From Thermodesulfobacteriota bacterium (GTDB lineage Bacteria > Desulfobacterota > QYQD01), in assembly GCA_040754095.1 (NCBI GenBank), contig JBFMFO010000003.1, positions 57,401 to 121,400 of the forward strand: DNA of 64,000 bases, written 5' to 3'. A program made the translations under genes and the position numbers. Below, piece by piece: positions 51,700 through 60,234 of the stretch (position 1 is its first letter; the number at the start of each line of letters is the position of its first letter). The notes under the pieces were generated by a model that was not told where the DNA came from, searched no databases, and saw only the letters and a program-made list of their open reading frames with translations.

Positions 51700-51915
51700 A
51701 ATGAATGTCAGTTGTCACTGGTAAAAGCGATCAACACTCAGCATCAGCATTCAGCTTAAGGTACTATTTGCCTTGGATTTTTTGCTGATGGCTGACAGCT
51801 GACCGCTGAAAGCGTGAAGTTCGCCCCGGCGAATCGGCCTGTGGCACGACCGAAAACGGTAGTTTCCGGTCGTGCGCTAATCAATGACCGATGACTAATG
51901 ACCAGTGATGTTGCC
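51700..51915. repeat. Composite mosaic repeat block (reverse complement of 38420-38690)
   Basis: gtcagttgtcactggtaaaagcgatcaacactcagcatcagcattcagc ... gctgatggctgacagctgaccgctgaaagcgtgaag ... ccggaaaacggtagtttccgg ... aatgaccgatgactaatgaccagtgatg. Confidence 0.75.
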
Positions 51916-51923
51916 TATAATAT

Positions 51924-52700
51924 ATGGTTGCGAAAGGTATAGCTTCTGTGCTTGTTAAGGAAAAGGTGTCATTTAAGTTCATAATCCTTGCCGCGGGAAA
52001 AGGGACGCGCATGAAATCTTCCCGGGCCAAGGTATTACACGAGATTATGGGCCGGCCGATGCTGGCCTATGTATTGGACACGGCTGAAAGGCTTGAATCG
52101 TCAGGTACATATGTGATTGTTGGGTATCAGAGCAAGGCGGTACAAGAGACTTTTGGTGACCGGCCGGTTAAGTTTATCTTACAGCACGAGCAATTGGGAA
52201 CCGGACATGCTGTCTTGTGTGCAGCGAGTGAGCTTTCCGGTTATAGCGGAGACGTGGTCATTCTCTGTGGCGACGTACCGTTTTTGAGGCCGGAGACAGT
52301 GAGGGGGCTTATAAAACAACATATAGCCCGGAAGGCGGCATTATCTGTCCTGACGACGATTGTAGATAACCCCGGGCATTATGGCCGGGTGATCAAAGAC
52401 GGCAAGGGTAATATCTTAAGGATCGTTGAAGATAAGGATGCTATACCAGATGAAAAAGTGATATGTGAAGTGAATACCGGAATATATTGCGCTAAATTTC
52501 CAGTGGTTATCGATGCCCTGAGAAGGGCAGGAAGAGATAATGTGCAGGGAGAATATTATTTAACCGACGCTGTGCACCTGATCAAAGAGATGGGCCACAG
52601 GGTTATCAGCGTTATTACAGATCGGCAGGATGAGGTTATGGGTATAAACAGTAAGGCAGAGCTGGCCAGAGCGGAAGAGATGATGCGGAATTATAAGTAA
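51924..52700 (+). CDS. GlmU-like N-terminal nucleotidyltransferase (UDP-GlcNAc pyrophosphorylase domain only; no acetyltransferase left-handed beta-helix domain)
   Basis: ILAAGKGTRMKS ... VLCGDVPFL ... EYYLTD nucleotidyltransferase motifs. The ORF stops after about 258 aa and is followed by hairpins and 260 bp of non-coding DNA. The true start may be the internal GTG near 51966. Confidence 0.7.
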   Translation: MVAKGIASVLVKEKVSFKFIILAAGKGTRMKSSRAKVLHEIMGRPMLAYVLDTAERLESSGTYVIVGYQSKAVQETFGDRPVKFILQHEQLGTGHAVLCAASELSGYSGDVVILCGDVPFLRPETVRGLIKQHIARKAALSVLTTIVDNPGHYGRVIKDGKGNILRIVEDKDAIPDEKVICEVNTGIYCAKFPVVIDALRRAGRDNVQGEYYLTDAVHLIKEMGHRVISVITDRQDEVMGINSKAELARAEEMMRNYK

Positions 52701-52960
52701 TGAGTACTGGGTGATGAGTAGTGATAGTCGGATTATATAAACCCGGTATCAGTTTAGCCATTTGAAAACCTGGCTAAACTTCAATTCAAAATGCAAGATT
52801 TAAAGTGCAAAATTCAAAATGTTGATGGTATTTGTCCGAAATTTTACATTTTCCACATTGCATTTTCCATTTTGCAATGAGATTTAGCGCATTTTAAAAA
52901 GCGCTAAATTCTTACTAAGCCGGTTAGGTTTTGGCTTCGGGAAGATAAAAAGGTGAATGG

Positions 52961-55141
52961 ATGTCCAGAAGAATAACCAGGGAGACAAAAGAAAGGGCAA
53001 TCCAGCCCGCAGATGTACTGGCCGCCATGCGCAAGGCAGGGCGGCCTCTTTTTATGCGTGAGATTTTGCAGATTTTAAGCCCTGCGCCACGGAATAAAAA
53101 GTTCGTAAAAGACATGATAATCCGGATGGGGGAAACCGGTGATCTTATACTACTTAAAGAGGGCCGCTATGGTCTCCCGGAACGTATGAATCTGGTTACG
53201 GGACGTCTGCAGATCAACCCGGGTGGTTTTGGCTTTGTGATCCCGGAAGCAAAAGATATAGAAGACGTATTTATACCGGGACGGGAGATAAAGGATGCCA
53301 TCCACGGCGATCGGGTAATGGTGCGCCTGGAACATGGACTAAGAGGCCGTCGGCCGGAGGGGAGAGTCATCCGTATCCTGGAAAGGAAAGCCAAATATGT
53401 CGTTGGGGCTTTCACCAGGGGTCGGGGAGCCTCCTACGTAATGCCTGAGGATGAACGATTTCCGTTTGAAGTTGTCATCTCCTCCCGGGAGACCGCCGGC
53501 GCCCGTTCGGATGAAGTGGTGGTGGCGGAGATAACGAATTTCCCCCCGGGGAGGCGAAACCCTGAAGGCCGGATAATAAAAGTGCTTGGCGACCCGGATG
53601 ATATAGCCGTACAGACGCAGATGGTCATTTTCAAGCACGGCCTTATCCAGGACTTCAGCCCTGAGGCAGAGGCGCAGGCGCAGTCTCTGCCTTCCGAGGT
53701 TAAAGCCGGGATGGTGAAGGGCCGGGAGGACCTGCGGGGCGTTCTTACCGTGACCATTGATGGAGAGCAGGCCAAAGATTTTGACGATGCTGTATCTATA
53801 GAGAAGGATCGCCAGGGTTATAATCTCTATGTCTCCATTGCCGATATCAGCCATTATGTGCCGGCAGGAAGTCCTTTGGACGAAGATGCCTATAAGCGTG
53901 GTAACAGTGTCTATTTCCCTAATTTTGTCGTTCCCATGTTTCCGCCCATCCTTTCAGACTATTTAGGCAGCTTGAGGCCCCGGGTGGAGCGACTGGCCTT
54001 TACCGTCTTTATGCATTTTGACCGCCAGGGGAAGATGAGGGAACGTCGTTTTTATAAGAGTGTCATCCAGAGTGACGCCCGTTTAACCTATACAGAGGTC
54101 AAAGGCATCCTGGTGGATAAGGATAGGAGCCTGCGCCGGACATATAGGCCGCTGGTTAAATCATTGGAATGGATGGCTGAGTTAAGTCAGAAAATTGCCG
54201 GGAATAGACGCCGACGCGGCAGTATTGATTTTGATCTCCCGGAACCGGCCATAATACTTGGCGTGCAAGGAACCTTAGAGGATGTTGTGCGCCGGGAAAG
54301 AAACCTTGCCCATCAGATCATAGAGGAATTTATGATAGCGGCCAACGAGGCTGTGGCCGAGTATATCTCTGAGAGAGATATCCCCTGTCTTTATCGCATA
54401 CACGAGGAGCCTGAGGCGGCAAAAGTCCACAATTTTCTCAATTTTGCCTATTCTCTGGGGTTGCCTATTACGTTTCCGGAAAAGATGACCCCGCACTGGT
54501 TTCAGCAGGTGCTCGGTTTGGTAGAAGGCGCGCCGGGCGAATATGTGGTTAACACGCTGCTATTGCGTTCCATGAAGCAGGCGGTTTATGCGGCTGAAAA
54601 CCGTGGGCATTTTGGTTTAGCCTCAGCCCACTACACCCATTTTACCTCTCCCATCCGCCGCTATGCCGACTTGATAGTACATCGCATCTTGCACCATACG
54701 CTGGAAGGGAATCCCAAGCCCCTTTATAGCTTAGAGCAGATATCCGAGATAGGCCGGTATATCTCAACGCAGGAACGTCTGGCCATGGAGGCGGAACGCG
54801 AAATGGTGGATCGTCTGCGTGCACGGTTTATGGAGGATAAAATCGGAGAGGAGTACGATGGTATCATATCGGCAGTTACCGCCTTCGGATTTTTTGTGGA
54901 ACTACGTGAGATTTTTGTGGAAGGCGTAGTGCGTCTGGTGGACATGGCCGATGATTACTATTATTACGAAGAAAAACACCATCGTCTGGTGGGTAGAAGA
55001 AAAAAGCGGGTTTTCCAGATAGGGGATTTTGTGCGGGTCCAGGTGGCCAGAGTCGATATTCCGCGCCGGCATATTAATCTTGTTCTGGTTATGAAGTACA
55101 CATCCAGGGGAGTTTCTGACCTGAGGGAATCAAAAAGGTAG
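52961..55141 (+). CDS. rnr: Ribonuclease R
   Basis: N-terminal HTH/cold-shock-like region. RNB catalytic domain (DGEQAKDFDDAVSIE). C-terminal S1 domain and basic tail. Confidence 0.9.
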   Translation: MSRRITRETKERAIQPADVLAAMRKAGRPLFMREILQILSPAPRNKKFVKDMIIRMGETGDLILLKEGRYGLPERMNLVTGRLQINPGGFGFVIPEAKDIEDVFIPGREIKDAIHGDRVMVRLEHGLRGRRPEGRVIRILERKAKYVVGAFTRGRGASYVMPEDERFPFEVVISSRETAGARSDEVVVAEITNFPPGRRNPEGRIIKVLGDPDDIAVQTQMVIFKHGLIQDFSPEAEAQAQSLPSEVKAGMVKGREDLRGVLTVTIDGEQAKDFDDAVSIEKDRQGYNLYVSIADISHYVPAGSPLDEDAYKRGNSVYFPNFVVPMFPPILSDYLGSLRPRVERLAFTVFMHFDRQGKMRERRFYKSVIQSDARLTYTEVKGILVDKDRSLRRTYRPLVKSLEWMAELSQKIAGNRRRRGSIDFDLPEPAIILGVQGTLEDVVRRERNLAHQIIEEFMIAANEAVAEYISERDIPCLYRIHEEPEAAKVHNFLNFAYSLGLPITFPEKMTPHWFQQVLGLVEGAPGEYVVNTLLLRSMKQAVYAAENRGHFGLASAHYTHFTSPIRRYADLIVHRILHHTLEGNPKPLYSLEQISEIGRYISTQERLAMEAEREMVDRLRARFMEDKIGEEYDGIISAVTAFGFFVELREIFVEGVVRLVDMADDYYYYEEKHHRLVGRRKKRVFQIGDFVRVQVARVDIPRRHINLVLVMKYTSRGVSDLRESKR

Positions 55142-55172
55142 CCGCCTGGACTTTGCATCGTAGGCTATTTGC

Positions 55173-55943
55173 GTGAAAACCATTACAGCTAATCTCGCCA
55201 ACCTGGCCATTGTTCTGCACAAGCCACGTTATCCGGAGAATATCGGGGCGGCAGCGCGCTGTGCTCTGAACATGGGCATCTCCAAGATAACGGTGGTGAG
55301 TCCGGCCAATCCGGATAGAGAAAAAATGCTTAAGATGGCTACGCATGAGGCGGCGGGCCTGATTGAAGATATGGAGATCCATGACAGCCTGGACGCGGCC
55401 CTTGCCCCTTTTCAGTATATAGTCGGAACTACGGCCAGGCTGGGCAGACATCGGCAGGCCCTAGAGACGCCGCGGGAACTGGCCGGTCGTATCGTGGACC
55501 TTTCTCAAAATAACTGCGTAGCCCTCCTTTTTGGCCCGGAGAATACAGGCCTGAGCAACGAGGATCTGAGATATTGTCATATTGTGACCACCATACCTAC
55601 AGCCAATTTTGCTTCGCTTAACCTGGCCCAGGCCGTCATGATTGTATGTTACGAGATACTCATGGCCCGTATGGAAGCCACCTCTCGGGATCGTATTACA
55701 CCGCATCTGGCGACTTCTGCAGAGCTGGAGGGGATGTATGCGGATCTGCAGGGGGCGCTGCTCACAATCGGTTTTCTTAAATCTGGGGAGCAGGAATATG
55801 GCCTTAACCAGGTGCGGGCCTTTCTTTCCCGCGTCAAACTTCTCTCACGGGAGACTCAACTCATCCGCGGCCTCTGCCGGCAGCTTAAATGGTTTAAAGG
55901 TAGCATTCAGCAGTCAGCTGTCAGCGATCAGCAAGGCAAGTAA
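55173..55943 (+). CDS. SpoU/TrmH-family RNA 2'-O-methyltransferase (TrmJ/RlmB-like)
   Basis: IVLHKPRYPENIGAAARCALNMGI ... ALLFGPENTGLSNEDL ... SLNLAQAVMIVCYE. SPOUT motifs. Lies downstream of rnr as rlmB usually does, but lacks the RlmB N-terminal domain. GTG start. Confidence 0.75.
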   Translation: MKTITANLANLAIVLHKPRYPENIGAAARCALNMGISKITVVSPANPDREKMLKMATHEAAGLIEDMEIHDSLDAALAPFQYIVGTTARLGRHRQALETPRELAGRIVDLSQNNCVALLFGPENTGLSNEDLRYCHIVTTIPTANFASLNLAQAVMIVCYEILMARMEATSRDRITPHLATSAELEGMYADLQGALLTIGFLKSGEQEYGLNQVRAFLSRVKLLSRETQLIRGLCRQLKWFKGSIQQSAVSDQQGK

Positions 55944-55950
55944 AAATTTA

Positions 55951-56020
55951 TGGGTCATAACTAGATGGCAGCACACTTTTTAAAGTGCTGTTCTAGTCAT
56001 GACCCCAATTTATTATTTTC
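55951..56020. terminator. Bidirectional terminator hairpin between the methyltransferase gene and the TPR gene
   Basis: tgggtcataactagatggcagcacacttt-ttaaagtgctgttctagtcatgacccca followed by atttattatttt. Confidence 0.6.
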
Positions 56021-56065
56021 CTCAAAGCTGATAGCTGAAGACTGAAAGCTGAGCGCCCATAAATT

Positions 56066-57013
56066 CTATCTACAGGGCAGATCGAATTCAGGAGATGACA
56101 TCTCTTTAAGTTTTTCTTCAAGATCGGCTATAGGAGATTTGAGATTTCCGGCTTCATCGGCCCTTTTTAGTATTTCAAGCACAAGCGAGGCTTTTTCCTT
56201 GTGTCCGATATTATAACAGACGTTGAAGGCCCTCCAGGCGTATTCAGCGGCCTCAGACCACCTTTCCTGTTTTAGGGTTAACTTGGCCAGCATCTCCAGG
56301 TCAGCAGCGATACCGGGATAATCGAGGTTTTCCTGGTCAAGTTCCAGGGCTTCTACCCATAGGGTTTGGGCCTCCATATAATTTCCCTCAGACATGCGTA
56401 TAAGGCCCAGATTATGGCAGGCTGAAGCCATCCCGGATTTATTATCCCCGGCTTCATATATGGCTATGGCTTTCGATACAGAGTCATTTGCCATGGGAAG
56501 AAGGCCTTTTTGCCAATATAGGTGTCCCATAAGATTGAGGACAAATGCTTGCTGGACATCATCCTTGCCGCGGGTTGCCGCCTGAAAAGCCTCTTCCAGG
56601 TGTCTTTCGGCCTGGCTTGGATTTTCCGCCTTCAGATCAACCGTAGCCAGATTACTGAGACTGAGAGATAGCCCTGCTTCGTTATCCAGATTACGCTGAA
56701 TGCGGGCGGCCAGGGTGAAAAAATCTCCGGCCTCATTGAGCTTGCCGGTATTCAGGGCCAGCATGCCGAGATTGTTATAGTCATAAGCCATGCCGGGAAG
56801 GTTGTCTGTGGACTGGTTAATTCGCAGGGAATCTTCAAATAAGGACAAGGCCCGGCTATAACAACCCTTTTTAAACCAGCGTAATCCCTGATTGGCATAA
56901 TCCAGCGCCTTTTCTTTTTCTAATTCTATAGGCTTCGGCGGCGCGCCTGCACAGCCTGGGAGGCCGGATAACATTAACAGTATGCAGGCTATTATCAGAA
57001 GACAGCGGCGCAT
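56066..57013 (-). CDS. TPR-repeat lipoprotein
   Basis: Signal peptide with a lipobox-like LSGLPGC. Several 34-aa TPR-like repeats (ALDYANQGLRWFKKGCYSRALSLFE ... ). Confidence 0.75.
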   Translation of the reverse strand: MRRCLLIIACILLMLSGLPGCAGAPPKPIELEKEKALDYANQGLRWFKKGCYSRALSLFEDSLRINQSTDNLPGMAYDYNNLGMLALNTGKLNEAGDFFTLAARIQRNLDNEAGLSLSLSNLATVDLKAENPSQAERHLEEAFQAATRGKDDVQQAFVLNLMGHLYWQKGLLPMANDSVSKAIAIYEAGDNKSGMASACHNLGLIRMSEGNYMEAQTLWVEALELDQENLDYPGIAADLEMLAKLTLKQERWSEAAEYAWRAFNVCYNIGHKEKASLVLEILKRADEAGNLKSPIADLEEKLKEMSSPEFDLPCR

Positions 57014-57931
57014 TTATCTTACTCCTCTTGTATCCGGCTGAATAATTCCCTTTTCTTTCGGGGGGATGCCGCCTTTAATGAGCGGACTACGTTTGGCGGA
57101 TTCCAGTATCTGGTCCAATTTCTGTAAATTCTCACGCGCTCCCTGGGCAATGGCCGGCGCATCACGACTGGCGGTCTTTATATCATGCAGGATTTTTCTC
57201 ATTTCTTGCATGGCTTCCGGCAGGACCCGGGCGGCTTGCTCTACGCCCTGCGATGTCTTCTCAGCGTTAGCCAGTGTGGTCTCCAGGTGGGCCATTTGCC
57301 GGTCCAGTCTCTCATAAAGGTCATTTTTTACCAGTATGTTCCCCATCCCCTGGCCCCTTTTTATATCATTGGTTATGGCCCGCAGGTCCCAGAGCGTACC
57401 CAATAACGGGCCTTCCGGGTCCTTAAGCTGATCCATCGTCTCCTCGAGGCTGTATAGTATCCGGGTAAGGGCATTGAATTTTTCTTCCAGGTGAAACTCT
57501 TCAGCATAATCACTGAGAGATTTTTTCCTCTTGGAGGGGATGGTTCCCTCTTCAGATATAAGGGGTGACTCCGGCGAACCGGCGGATATAGATATATATT
57601 CGCTGCCAATGAAGGTGGGACTGGCCACGACCGCTACCGAGTCCCGCCTGATCAATTTTGAGTATCCCTTCAGGATTTTGATGGTGACCCCTACCTTGTT
57701 TTGCGGGGTGATCTCTAACGAAGTCACCCGCCCCACATCAGTATTAAATATCTTGACGGTGGCCCCTTCCCTGAGGTTGTAGCCCTCATCAAAGACAATA
57801 TTATAGATGCCATAATCCCTAAACCAGGCCTTACCGCGGCCGATGACGATTACGCTTCCGGTTACTACGATGATGGTAAGGATGAGCAAAGCGCCCACCA
57901 TCTTTTCCATTGTGCTAAACTTCATTTCCAT
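57014..57931 (-). CDS. mlaD: MlaD-like MCE-domain protein
   Basis: N-terminal TM (MVGALLILTIIVVTGSVIVIG), MCE domain, C-terminal coiled coil. The start is uncertain; candidate ATGs lie at 57964, 57931 and 57907. Confidence 0.8.
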   Translation of the reverse strand: MEMKFSTMEKMVGALLILTIIVVTGSVIVIGRGKAWFRDYGIYNIVFDEGYNLREGATVKIFNTDVGRVTSLEITPQNKVGVTIKILKGYSKLIRRDSVAVVASPTFIGSEYISISAGSPESPLISEEGTIPSKRKKSLSDYAEEFHLEEKFNALTRILYSLEETMDQLKDPEGPLLGTLWDLRAITNDIKRGQGMGNILVKNDLYERLDRQMAHLETTLANAEKTSQGVEQAARVLPEAMQEMRKILHDIKTASRDAPAIAQGARENLQKLDQILESAKRSPLIKGGIPPKEKGIIQPDTRGVR

Positions 57932-58059
57932 GATCGGATGCTGTTCCTCCCCGGATATTATCAAAACCTAACCACAGAACACAGAGAAACTATAACGTAC
58001 TAATGAGTTCAAAGTTTAAAGTTCAAAGTTAAAATCAATGCCAAATGCCAAAGCTCAAA

Positions 58060-58165
58060 ACGTCACTCGTCACTGGTCATTAGTCATTGGTTAAGTTGGG
58101 AGAAAGATAGACCCCTTTTACCAGTGACAAATGACTCTTGACTAATGACTAATGACTTCTACTTT
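58060..58165. repeat. TGACTAATGACCAGTGAC-family inverted-repeat element
   Basis: cgtcactcgtcactggtcattagtcattgg ... ccagtgacaaatgactcttgactaatgactaatgac. Confidence 0.7.
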
Positions 58166-58217
58166 TGTCATTTGGAACTTACGTAAAACCCTCTGTGGTT
58201 GTTTTTCACGAAAGTTT

Positions 58218-58922
58218 TTACATTACCCTCTCCGAGCCAGGATTTTCTCCGGCCAGCCTCCCCTCTTCCAGGGTATATGAGCGACTGATGAGTGCGGACA
58301 GGGAGGCGAATGAGGCAGCGCTTGTGGAGGCGACCAGCAGGGAGCTGCCCATCTCCTGCAGGCATTTTCCTGCATAGGATATAAGCAGGGTCTGTCCTTC
58401 TGTAGAAAGGGTATCGATTATTCTGTCCAATAGTATCAGGATAGGTTTTTTGGCCAGCTCCCGGGCGCATACTGCCCGTTTAAATATCTCCGCATTAACC
58501 TCTGTGGGATGCAGGTCTTTATAATCATTGACCTGGAAATAGGTTAAGAGCCTTTCTCCTTCTTCCCAAACATCGTGCAGTGATCTGTTTTCGTAGTAGG
58601 CCCATCCTAGGGATACGTTTTGTAATAAGGTGAGATTGCTTATCAGGGCCGTATCCTCGGCTACGTAAGCAATCTTTCGGCGCAGGGAAAGAAGGTCTAT
58701 TTCCCTGTCAAAAGGTACGGGTATCCCATCCAGGTAGATTTCTCCCTGCGTTGGTTCCAGCAAAGTGGCGCATATCTGGAGCAACTCAGCGCCGGACAGG
58801 CCGGTTGGGTCACAGAGACCTATCCCTTCGCCAGATTGTACGGCCAGGTTAACCCCCTGCAGTATATTTTTCCCGTTATCTTTATACCATACATTATTTA
58901 TGTGGAGGCGAATTGCGGCCAT
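58218..58922 (-). CDS. ABC-ATPase-like protein with degenerate catalytic motifs (pseudo-MlaF)
   Basis: ABC fold register is recognisable (ILQGVNL.V..GE...L.....G .. LL ... GEIYLDG). But Walker A reads LCDPTGLSGAELL (no GK[ST]). The signature reads EVNAE instead of LSGGQ. Walker B reads ILILLDRII (no DE). Confidence 0.7.
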   Translation of the reverse strand: MAAIRLHINNVWYKDNGKNILQGVNLAVQSGEGIGLCDPTGLSGAELLQICATLLEPTQGEIYLDGIPVPFDREIDLLSLRRKIAYVAEDTALISNLTLLQNVSLGWAYYENRSLHDVWEEGERLLTYFQVNDYKDLHPTEVNAEIFKRAVCARELAKKPILILLDRIIDTLSTEGQTLLISYAGKCLQEMGSSLLVASTSAASFASLSALISRSYTLEEGRLAGENPGSERVM

Positions 58923-58929
58923 CTTCCAA

Positions 58930-59754
58930 TCACAGGTAAAAAAAGGTGGATATGAGGACGTTCAGGACAAAACAATACACCAGACATTGTACAGCGGCCC
59001 GGGCGGTGACCTGTGGCACTTCAGTGATAGCCTTTTTAGCCAGACCGCCCTGGTAAGTACAGACCAGAGATATAATGAGGCCGAAGAAAAGGGCCTTGAC
59101 AAATCCTATAATGACATCAAACCCTGTAATAGCCCGGTAGAATGAAGGAAGTAAGACAGAAAACGGCGTTCCTGTGAATATCCAGGCGAATAAGTATCCC
59201 CCGGTAATAGCTACAGCGTCGAAGCAAACAAAAAGGCAGATGATAGCCAGTATTACTCCCAAGACACGGGGCAGAACTATAAGGTGCAGGGGGTCTATTC
59301 CCAGCATACGGAGCGCGCGCATTTCTTTAAGGACATGCATATAACCTATCTCTACCGACATGGACATCCCGGAGCGAAGTATGACGACCAGCGTGGTCAT
59401 CAGCGGCCCAATTTCCCGTATGACTACGGCTACAAGTAATGTGCCCAGGAACTCTTCACTCCCGACCCTGGTCAGTTGTCCCAGGGATTGAACGATAACC
59501 AAAAAACCGAAAATAAGGGCCACGAGGCTTATGATACCCAGAGACTGAACCCCTGTAAAATATATCTGTTGTATGATAGCTTGTCTAATCAGTCGCCGCC
59601 CTGTCTTATGTTCTTTGAATAAGATATAGATGAGGCGGGTGAGAAGGCCCACAACATTGCTTAAATGCCGTATTCTTTCTACTATACTGCGGCCGAGGCA
59701 GCCAAGGAGCCACCCGGGAGATAGTCCGGATATGTTGCCTTGATACCCGCCCAT
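58930..59754 (-). CDS. mlaE: MlaE-family ABC transporter permease
   Basis: 274 aa, 5-6 TM helices, conserved MlaE/YrbE blocks (GPLMTTLVVILRSGMSMSVEIGYMHVLKE). Confidence 0.85.
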   Translation of the reverse strand: MGGYQGNISGLSPGWLLGCLGRSIVERIRHLSNVVGLLTRLIYILFKEHKTGRRLIRQAIIQQIYFTGVQSLGIISLVALIFGFLVIVQSLGQLTRVGSEEFLGTLLVAVVIREIGPLMTTLVVILRSGMSMSVEIGYMHVLKEMRALRMLGIDPLHLIVLPRVLGVILAIICLFVCFDAVAITGGYLFAWIFTGTPFSVLLPSFYRAITGFDVIIGFVKALFFGLIISLVCTYQGGLAKKAITEVPQVTARAAVQCLVYCFVLNVLISTFFYL

Positions 59755-59759
59755 TTTCT

Positions 59760-60179
59760 TTATGCCCGGATGCCTTTTTCTGACAGCATTTTTTCCGCAA
59801 ATCCCAGGATAAAATCTCTTTGTGCCTTACCGGCATATTGGATACAGTCGCAGTGAAGAGTCTGCTTGCTGCGTATGAGAAATTCTAACTTGACGCAATC
59901 CTCTCCGACCTCGATAGAGAAACAAAAGGGCTTGCAATTTTCGTGGGTGTATTGCACCTCAGCCAGCAGGTCATCCGGGAGGTCAACCCAGAACAGACCC
60001 TCTACAGAGGACAGTTGGGCATGCTCCCGGAGATATTCCACAATCTGTTCGACTTGTTTTTTATCCAGTTCATCAATCAGATATTGCCGCACTAAAAGCT
60101 CCCTTACCGCAAAAAATCCTAAACCCTGTTCCCCATTTTCAAATGACAAAATCCAGGTTTGATATTTGGATTTAGTCAC
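59760..60179 (-). CDS. Hypothetical Cys-containing protein upstream of mlaE
   Basis: 139-aa ORF with an ATG start, no recognisable motif. Cysteines lie at CKPFCFSIEVGEDC ... HCDC. Confidence 0.4.
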   Translation of the reverse strand: MTKSKYQTWILSFENGEQGLGFFAVRELLVRQYLIDELDKKQVEQIVEYLREHAQLSSVEGLFWVDLPDDLLAEVQYTHENCKPFCFSIEVGEDCVKLEFLIRSKQTLHCDCIQYAGKAQRDFILGFAEKMLSEKGIRA

Positions 60180-60234
60180 TGGTCATTAGTCATTGGTCAA
60201 TGGTCATCAGCTATCAGCCATGAGCTATGAGCTA

